A DNA stretch of 41,668 nucleotides from a virus, in the IMG/VR virus record IMGVR_UViG_3300045988_062043. One strand, 5' to 3'. The position numbers were made by a program, and so were the translations under genes. The notes below the pieces were generated by a model. It was given only the letters and a program-made list of their open reading frames with translations, made no database searches and was not told where the DNA came from. Position 1 is the stretch's first letter. Each line of letters starts with the position of its first letter. Shown here one piece after another: positions 7,477 through 13,606 of this stretch.

Positions 7477-7904
7477 TCATCTTGACAGATCATATTAGCA
7501 ATCAGCATGCCAAAGCCGACGCCGGAAAGCCGCGCCCCACGCTGGTACCGGTCTCGCTGATCGAGGCCGTGGCAGCGGTACGCATGTTTGGGTGCGCCAA
7601 GTACCACGATCCGGACAACTGGCGTCAGGTTGAGCCGCAGCGCTACAGGGATGCTTTGTACCGGCACTGGTTGGCTTATCTCAAAGGCGAGCAGTGCGAT
7701 CAGGAGAGCGGATTGCCTCACCTGTGGCATTTGGCCTGCAATGCGGCGTTTTTGATCGAGATGGAGGGAATGCTATCAGAGGGGAGAAAAGCCGCCCCTG
7801 TGATGGGGCGGCTTGGTGCGGGGGGGATGCGCGGTAGAGCGCACATTACAGCAGCTCCCTCACATCCACGTCCAGCGCGTCCGCCAGAGCCAGAGCATTG
7901 GTGA
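7473..7904 (+). CDS. DUF5664-like protein (family also annotated dATP/dGTP diphosphohydrolase N-terminal domain)
   Basis: DAGKPRPTLVP...FGCAKYHDPDNWR...YRHWLAYLKGEQCDQESGLPHLWHLACNAAFLIE fits the family pattern. The last ~44 codons read through a terminator hairpin and overlap the convergent gene, so the true C-terminus is doubtful. Confidence 0.65.
   Translation: MIILTDHISNQHAKADAGKPRPTLVPVSLIEAVAAVRMFGCAKYHDPDNWRQVEPQRYRDALYRHWLAYLKGEQCDQESGLPHLWHLACNAAFLIEMEGMLSEGRKAAPVMGRLGAGGMRGRAHITAAPSHPRPARPPEPEHW
7789..7814 (-). terminator. Intrinsic terminator of the reverse-strand cassette
   Basis: AAGCCGCCCC-TGTGAT-GGGGCGGCTT, a 10-bp stem, followed by TTCT on the minus strand. Lies 32 nt after the XRE stop. 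Confidence 0.6.
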
Positions 7905-8127
7905 GGGTGACGTTGCCCATCTTACCCTCGCCCTGCTCGATGCGCTGGATCTGTCTTTTATTGACGCCGGACCGCGCTGATAGCTCGTCGAGGCTCATGT
8001 GCTCACGGCGGCGGGCCCACTCCAGATTTGTGATTGGCTTATTGCGGCAGTCACGTCCGTAAGACACCAGGGGGCAGACGGTGCAGTCGCCGTCTGCCCG
8101 GATACAGTCTCCGTATTTACGTCTCAT
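7846..8127 (-). CDS. XRE-family HTH regulator with an N-terminal 4-Cys motif
   Basis: 93 aa. C8-x6-C15-x2-C18-x8-C27, then the HTH MSLDELSARSGVNKRQIQRIEQG. ATGA overlap with the upstream gene. Confidence 0.75.
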   Translation of the reverse strand: MRRKYGDCIRADGDCTVCPLVSYGRDCRNKPITNLEWARRREHMSLDELSARSGVNKRQIQRIEQGEGKMGNVTLTNALALADALDVDVRELL

Positions 8128-8462
8128 TTGATCACCTGGTTGTAGTATCCGTGCTCACCGTTGTTGCCGAGCCGCTCCACGTCATCCAGACTATACCCAC
8201 TAAAATACTTAGCTTGAGGGGTAACTCCCAGGCCGGGGAGGTCAGGGTGATGCTTGTACAGGTAACGCATAAGCTGTATTTTGACAGGCTCGGTTAAATC
8301 ATCCGGGATGCCGCCAGGCGCGGAAGCGTCCAAGTGGAGATATCCATCTTTGACCTTGCGGTCATCGGACAGGACATCCCATCCGTCCTCAGAAAACTTG
8401 ACTACTGCTTTCCCGCCGAAGCAGGACAAAGCGATAAGAGTGATCTCGTTGGATTTTCCCAT
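8124..8462 (-). CDS. Hypothetical protein, translationally coupled to the XRE gene
   Basis: 112 aa with GGAGGA upstream. No motif recognised. Confidence 0.55.
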   Translation of the reverse strand: MGKSNEITLIALSCFGGKAVVKFSEDGWDVLSDDRKVKDGYLHLDASAPGGIPDDLTEPVKIQLMRYLYKHHPDLPGLGVTPQAKYFSGYSLDDVERLGNNGEHGYYNQVIK

Positions 8463-8516
8463 TTTGCATCCTCCTTTTTTGTTGCCATCGTGAGTTTCGG
8501 GGTGAGATTTCTGTTT

Positions 8517-8768
8517 TTAGATTTCACTTTGCCATGCTTCGAATTTTGCGATCATCGTATCATCTGATACCCTGTAATACTCCACGACAATCCTCAAGTC
8601 CCCGGTCCCAGTGGCGGGCTCAACTTTCTCCCACCAGTCCCAGCCAAAGTCTCCTTGTACGTCCTCCTCGGCGGCTACGTCTACAAGCTTGTCGCTGTAT
8701 GTCTCCTCATAGTTGTACCCGCTCCCGTCAACCCACTCTTTGATCGTGATAACTTCTCTTACTTCCAT
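8517..8768 (-). CDS. Small, highly acidic hypothetical protein
   Basis: 83 aa with 21 D/E versus 7 K/R. RBS GGAGAAGGAGAAGG. Start taken at the internal ATG of track ORF 8517-8975. Confidence 0.55.
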   Translation of the reverse strand: MEVREVITIKEWVDGSGYNYEETYSDKLVDVAAEEDVQGDFGWDWWEKVEPATGTGDLRIVVEYYRVSDDTMIAKFEAWQSEI

Positions 8769-8817
8769 TTTCCTTCTCCTTCTGCCCTCGTAACCTCCGG
8801 GGCGGGACGTTTCTGCG

Positions 8818-9048
8818 TTAATATTGCCAGGTGATTTTTTGCTCGTTGTCCATATCGACCCAAGCAAGTTTATAGGTCTTCTGGAGGTCATCTCCATGAT
8901 AGCCGCTAACCGTGACATATACCCGGTGCTTCCCGTAGTTTTTCCACTCGCGCGCGTCCAACTTGTAGCTGTCATAGTAGCTCATAATTTTTTCCGCTTT
9001 CCCCGTCAGGATCTCGATAGTTCCGTCCGTCAATCCGTATTTCTCCAT
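8818..9048 (-). CDS. Hypothetical protein, first gene of the reverse cassette
   Basis: 76 aa with AGGAGGAGC 6 nt upstream of the ATG. Confidence 0.55.
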   Translation of the reverse strand: MEKYGLTDGTIEILTGKAEKIMSYYDSYKLDAREWKNYGKHRVYVTVSGYHGDDLQKTYKLAWVDMDNEQKITWQY

Positions 9049-9096
9049 TTTTTGCTCCTCCTAATTTTGATCTGCCCGGTCCCTTGCTGTGATTAT

Positions 9097-9125
9097 ATTA
9101 TACGCCAATATTGCCTAGTTGTCAA
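9097..9125 (-). promoter_or_regulatory. Consensus sigma-70-type promoter driving the reverse cassette
   Basis: The minus strand reads TTGACA (9125-9120), a 17-nt spacer, then TATAAT (9102-9097). It lies ~50 nt upstream of the ATG at 9048. Confidence 0.7.
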
Positions 9126-9132
9126 GACAAAA

Positions 9133-9141
9133 TGCTAAAAT
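9133..9141 (+). promoter_or_regulatory. Extended -10 promoter (TGcTAAAAT) for the rightward XRE gene
   Basis: TGCTAAAAT lies 30 nt upstream of the TTG start at 9171, back-to-back with the leftward promoter. Confidence 0.4.
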
Positions 9142-9170
9142 TATCTGATATTTTTTAGGAGGGGTGGCCG

Positions 9171-9401
9171 TTGAATGAGTTCCCGGAGCGGTTGAGGAAA
9201 CTGAGGGAGAGCAGGCGTCCAGTGCGGAGTATGACGGTGACATCACAGTTGATGGGGTTGCACCCTGATATGCTGAGACGGTATGAGCGGGGAGAAGTAG
9301 AGCCGTCAATGGGCGCATTATATAAGATTGCTGACTATTACGGCGTCAGCACAGATTACTTAATGGGCCGTACAAACTTTCCGTTTGTACATAGACTGTA
9401 A
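9171..9401 (+). CDS. XRE-family HTH protein
   Basis: 76 aa. TTG start with AGGAGG 8 nt upstream. LRRYERGEVEPSMGALYKIADYYGVSTDYLMGRTN is a typical XRE C-terminal pattern. Confidence 0.7.
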   Translation: MNEFPERLRKLRESRRPVRSMTVTSQLMGLHPDMLRRYERGEVEPSMGALYKIADYYGVSTDYLMGRTNFPFVHRL

Positions 9402-10110
9402 CCTTTTATCATCTCAAAAATAAGAGGGAAGCCCTCCCACAAAAGTGGGAAGCAAATCCGGTAATTATGCGACAATGGGAGCGTGGGGGCGAATGCCTCC
9501 CGCTCCCTTCCATTTCCTCCTCCTTTCTCATTGCCGGGCCTCCCTCCCGGCAGCGGCACGCAGGCAAAGCCGTAAACCTGCAACATAGCCCGTAAGGGCT
9601 ATATGTCCTTGTAGCTCAGAGGTAGAGCCTGAGGGTTAATAGGCCCTCTAGAGTCGCCGGTTCGAGTCCGGTCGAGGGCACAGAAAACCACGACGCCAGG
9701 TTTACGGAGTGGCGACAATGTCGTCGCTCTACTTTAGAGGCGGACTTGTAGCTCGCTCCAAAGGCCAAGGAGCTGACTGTGGAAAGACACTATACTTGTG
9801 GATCGGGGTCGCTCACCTCGCAAGTAAAATCATTAGCGGCCTGCCAGTAGCCATAGCTGGCCGACTCCGGGCAGAATGGCAGCCTTGAGAGTCAAAACCG
9901 CGCTATCCCGCTGAAAACTGCCGTGAGTACCTGTGCACAGGTCAATGCGGTGTGACAATCTAAGTGGGACAGCGCACATATGCCGCTCCTATCTGCATGA
10001 GGATATGGACGGCCCTATGGATGTGCCCCGAGCTGCGGCGGGTGGCCCGCAGCAAATCAGGAGAGGGCAGACCCCGCTCACCGCCCTCTCCTCAATAAAA
10101 CGAAACCACA
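9402..10110 (+). ncRNA. Candidate large structured noncoding RNA region (class undetermined)
   Basis: ~710 nt without a credible ORF in an otherwise gene-dense genome. Many GC-rich helices can be paired by hand: 9477-9507, 9533-9551, 9587-9600 (GUAA loop), 9843-9861, 9929-9942, 10032-10053, 10061-10090. Confidence 0.45.
9605..9680 (+). tRNA. tRNA-like element with a non-canonical anticodon arm (isotype undetermined)
   Basis: Acceptor GTCCTTG/CGAGGGC (7 bp, 2 G-U). D arm GCTC-AGAGGTA-GAGC. T arm GCCGG-TTCGAGT-CCGGT. The anticodon stem GAGGG/CCCTC closes an 8-nt loop TTAATAGG. Confidence 0.5.
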
Positions 10111-10125
10111 TGAGAGGTGGCGATC

Positions 10126-10509
10126 ATGGCTGCACGGCTGACGGATAGGCAAAAAAAGAAAATAGTGGCCGATTATCTGGAAACCGAAAGCTATAACGCC
10201 ACAGCGAAGAAAAACGGCGTTTGCGGGCAAACAGTGCGCCGTGTTGTTGAGGAATCTCAAGGAATCACCGAAAATCTCAAACGGAAAAAAGAGGAGAACA
10301 CCGCCGACATCCTGGCCTACATGGACAGCCAGCGGGGCATTGTGTGTGAGATCATCGGTAAGGGACTGGCTGCCCTGAATGACCCGGACAAGCTGGCGGA
10401 GGCCAAACCGGCGCAGATCACCACGGCAATCGGGACGCTGATTGATAAATGGGCGCTCGTCAAGGGCGAAGGGGAAGAGGGCAAGGTGCAGGTGATTATT
10501 GATGTCTGA
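10126..10509 (+). CDS. terS: Terminase small subunit
   Basis: N-terminal HTH (KKIVADYLETESYNATAKKNGVCGQTVRRVV). Position immediately 5' of terL. ATG 10126 has GAGAGGTGG 5 nt upstream (the track start 10117 is GTG). Confidence 0.7.
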   Translation: MAARLTDRQKKKIVADYLETESYNATAKKNGVCGQTVRRVVEESQGITENLKRKKEENTADILAYMDSQRGIVCEIIGKGLAALNDPDKLAEAKPAQITTAIGTLIDKWALVKGEGEEGKVQVIIDV

Positions 10510-11740
10510 GGTGCGGCTTTCTTCTGTCCTTGGCCCCGCTTTCCACTTGCTGGCTCGTGATGTATTTCGGCACGGCCACACGCACTACGACCTATCCGGC
10601 GGGCGCGGATCACTGAAATCCTCCTGTGTGTCTCTGCTGGTACCGCTTATCCTACTGACCAATCCAAACACTCACGCTCTAGTGCTCCGCAAGGTGGCAA
10701 ACACCATTCGGGACAGCGTGTATGCGCAATACCTGTGGGCCATCGGAGAACTGGGTATGGCGGCATACTGGGACGCTAAAGTACAGCCCATGGAACTGAT
10801 TTATAAACCGACAGGGCAAAAAATCATGTTCCGGGGCGCTGATGATCCTATGAAAATCAAGTCCATCAAAGTGCCGTCCGGATATATTGCTGTTACCCAT
10901 TTCGAAGAAAAGGATCAGTTTGCAGGGCAGGCTGAAATTCGCACTATCCTCCAATCGACCATGCGCGGCGGCTCCAAGTTTTGGAATTTTGAGAGCTACA
11001 ACCCGCCGATCAGCCGGGACAACTGGGCCAACAAGGACAGCCTGGAGGAGCGGGCGGACCGGATATGCCACAAAAGTACATACTTGGAGGCCCCGCCCGA
11101 ATGGCTGGGAGCACAGTTTTTAGCAGAGGCCGAACGCCTGAAAGAAACGGATGAGCGGGCGTATCGCCACGAATACTTAGGTGAGGCAGTTGGAACTGGC
11201 GGGAATGTGTTTGAAAACCTTGAGCTTCGGGAAATCAAGGACGAGGAAATTTCTCATTTCGACCGGATTTATCAAGGAACAGACTGGGGGTATTTCCCTG
11301 ATGCCTATGCTTTTATCCGTTTACATTACGACAAAACGAGGGAAACCATTTATCTGATCGACGAAAACTACGTTCATAAACAGAGTAATGAAGCTACTGG
11401 AAAATGGATAAAAGGGAAAAAGTACACAGACGCATACATCATTTGTGATAGTGCGGAGCCGAAAAGTGTGGCAGATTACCGGGCATTAAGCCTCCCAGCG
11501 AAATCTGCCGTCAAGGGTCCGGGTAGCTTGGACTACTCCATGAAATGGCTTGCCCGTAGAAAAATCATTATCGACCGCAGAAGGACCCCGCACGCTTATG
11601 ATGAGTTCGTAAATTACGAATATGAGCGAAATAAGGACGGAGAAATCATAAGCGGATACCCTGATGAGAATGACCATGTGATTTCGGCTGTCCGTTATGC
11701 GCTTGAGCCTGCATATAGGAGGATGGGTGTAATTGCGTAG
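10502..11740 (+). CDS. terL: Terminase large subunit (PBSX/Terminase_3-like)
   Basis: 412 aa. Walker A-like SGGRGSLKSS. ALVLRKVANTIRDSVY and a C-terminal nuclease region with DENDHVISAVRYAL. Confidence 0.9.
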   Translation: MSEVRLSSVLGPAFHLLARDVFRHGHTHYDLSGGRGSLKSSCVSLLVPLILLTNPNTHALVLRKVANTIRDSVYAQYLWAIGELGMAAYWDAKVQPMELIYKPTGQKIMFRGADDPMKIKSIKVPSGYIAVTHFEEKDQFAGQAEIRTILQSTMRGGSKFWNFESYNPPISRDNWANKDSLEERADRICHKSTYLEAPPEWLGAQFLAEAERLKETDERAYRHEYLGEAVGTGGNVFENLELREIKDEEISHFDRIYQGTDWGYFPDAYAFIRLHYDKTRETIYLIDENYVHKQSNEATGKWIKGKKYTDAYIICDSAEPKSVADYRALSLPAKSAVKGPGSLDYSMKWLARRKIIIDRRRTPHAYDEFVNYEYERNKDGEIISGYPDENDHVISAVRYALEPAYRRMGVIA

Positions 11741-11747
11741 GCCTGAA

Positions 11748-12191
11748 ATGAAAAAGAAATACCCACGTATTTACAAGGTGTGGCAGAGCATCCGCCAGAG
11801 GTGCAATAACCCAAACGACAAGAACTACTTTGATTACGGCGAAAGAGGAATATCGGTTTGCAAAGAATGGGACGAGTCTCCTGAGGCGTTTGTCATGTGG
11901 GCGCTCGAAAATGGATACAGAGACGACTTGAGTATAGACCGCATTGATGTAAACGGGAATTACAGCCCCGATAATTGCAGGTGGGCAACAGCCACACAAC
12001 AAGCAAGAAATAAGCGAATTGAGAAAATTAACAAAACCGGGGTAAATGGCGTTCACATGGATAGGGGTAAATATAGGGCAATTATCTATGTGGATAGCAA
12101 AAAAATAGACCTTGGAAGATACGAGACGCTTGAAGAAGCAAAATCTGCCAGGAAACGTGGAGAAGCTCTTTATTGGGGAGTGACAGCATGA
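11748..12191 (+). CDS. AP2-domain / degenerate HNH homing-endonuclease-like protein
   Basis: YKVWQSIRQRCNNPNDKNYFDYGERGISVCKEW, SIDRIDVNGNYSPDNCRWAT, and an AP2-like segment (GVHMDRGKYRAIIYVDSKKIDLGRYETLEEA). Inserted between terL and the portal gene. Confidence 0.65.
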   Translation: MKKKYPRIYKVWQSIRQRCNNPNDKNYFDYGERGISVCKEWDESPEAFVMWALENGYRDDLSIDRIDVNGNYSPDNCRWATATQQARNKRIEKINKTGVNGVHMDRGKYRAIIYVDSKKIDLGRYETLEEAKSARKRGEALYWGVTA

Positions 12192-13606
12192 CCATCATCG
12201 AGAAGCTGAAAGAACTGGGCTTTGCCACTATCAGCGAGGACTTTTACCGCAAAGTTCAGGAGTGGAAAAGCTGGTATGTGGGAGATGTGAAGGGCTTCCA
12301 CCGGTACAAGGTCCGAAACGGAACGAGCATGGTCCGATGCAAGCGGTACACTCTCAACATGGGTAAGAAAATCCCGGAGGACTGGGCAAACCTCCTGATG
12401 AATGAGAAGGTAAAAATCACTTTGGAGGGGCAGAAAGAGCAGGCGTTCGTTGACCGAGTGTTCACCGAAAATAATTTCCCGGTCAAAGCAAACGAGATGC
12501 AGGAAAAGGCGTTTGCTCTTGGGACAGTGGCTTTTATTCCGCGTGTGGTGGGAATGGAGGCAAAGGAGACTGGGCCCGTTCCAGGCAGCGCAAGAGGCAT
12601 TGTGATGGACTATGTGACCGTGGAGCACATCTGGCCGCTGGCGTGGCAAAACGGAATCATTACGGAGTGCGCTTTTGAAAGCATTGTTACCGTAAACGGA
12701 GAGCAATACTGTTACCTGCAAATCCACCACAAGGTCAACGGGCTGTATGACATTGAGAACCGACTATATAAATACCGGAACAACAATGTGGACACCGAAG
12801 TGGGCTTAACCTCTGTGCCAAACTTTAAACGGGTGCCACGGGTGGTACATACAGGGTCTGACCGGCGGCAGTTTGTCATTGACCGGCCCAATATCGCAAA
12901 CAATTTTGACGATTCCCCACTTGGAATATCCATCTATGCAAATTCCATTGATGTTCTCAAGGGCGTAGATGTAGCCTATGACAGTTACGTCAACGAATTT
13001 GTCCTAGGGAAAAAGCGCATCATGGTCAAACCATCTGCCATGAAATACCTAGACGGAGAGCCGGTCTTTGACAGCGACGATTTGGCCTATTATGTGCTCC
13101 CAGAGGATGTGAGTGACGGAGCAGTTATTACCCCAATCGATATGACCCTCCGCACACAGGAGCACAATACAGGCATCCAGGACCAGCTCAATTTGTTGTC
13201 CAGTAAGTGCGGTTTCGGAGAGACCTATTATCGCTTTGATGGTGGGAGCATCACCACGGCGACACAAGTTATCAGCGAGAACTCCACCATGTTCCGCACG
13301 ATCAAAAAACATGAAATCATTCTGGAGCAGGCCCTAATTGAACTGTGCCGTATCATCATCCGCCTAGGCAACACAGCCATGAACGCTGGGCTAAATGAAG
13401 ATGTGGAGATTTCTATTGACTTTGATGATTCCATCATCGAGGACAAGCAGTCTGATTTTGCTCGTGATATGCAACTCCTAAACGCCGGAATCATGAACGA
13501 CTGGGAGTTCAGGGCTAAATGGATGAATGAGGACGAAGCCACGGCAAAGAAGATGTTGCCGAAGATGGAGGATATGACGGACGAGGAGGAAGAGGAGATT
13601 GAATGA
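12188..13606 (+). CDS. Portal protein (SPP1 gp6-like)
   Basis: 472 aa. ATGA overlap with the upstream gene. Position, size and an acidic C-terminus (MTDEEEEEIE). Confidence 0.8.
   Translation: MTIIEKLKELGFATISEDFYRKVQEWKSWYVGDVKGFHRYKVRNGTSMVRCKRYTLNMGKKIPEDWANLLMNEKVKITLEGQKEQAFVDRVFTENNFPVKANEMQEKAFALGTVAFIPRVVGMEAKETGPVPGSARGIVMDYVTVEHIWPLAWQNGIITECAFESIVTVNGEQYCYLQIHHKVNGLYDIENRLYKYRNNNVDTEVGLTSVPNFKRVPRVVHTGSDRRQFVIDRPNIANNFDDSPLGISIYANSIDVLKGVDVAYDSYVNEFVLGKKRIMVKPSAMKYLDGEPVFDSDDLAYYVLPEDVSDGAVITPIDMTLRTQEHNTGIQDQLNLLSSKCGFGETYYRFDGGSITTATQVISENSTMFRTIKKHEIILEQALIELCRIIIRLGNTAMNAGLNEDVEISIDFDDSIIEDKQSDFARDMQLLNAGIMNDWEFRAKWMNEDEATAKKMLPKMEDMTDEEEEEIE

Noticed and set aside
9605-9680. 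Stop-codon reassignment (suppressor tRNA) suggested by UUA/UAA-like triplets in the odd anticodon loop
   Set aside because: All large phage genes (terL, portal, MCP, TMP, integrase) are open in the standard code with no in-frame stops. No register of the loop gives a proper U33-anticodon-R37 suppressor configuration.
9356-10148. Track ORFs 9356-9586 (minus) and 9933-10148 (plus) as protein genes filling the intergenic gap
   Set aside because: Neither has an RBS. Their sequences are G/P/R-rich shadows of GC-rich hairpins. One overlaps the XRE stop and the other overlaps the terS start.
10078-10581. 167-aa minus-strand ORF over terS
   Set aside because: It is antisense to terS and the terL start. 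It has no RBS and breaks the otherwise co-linear packaging operon.
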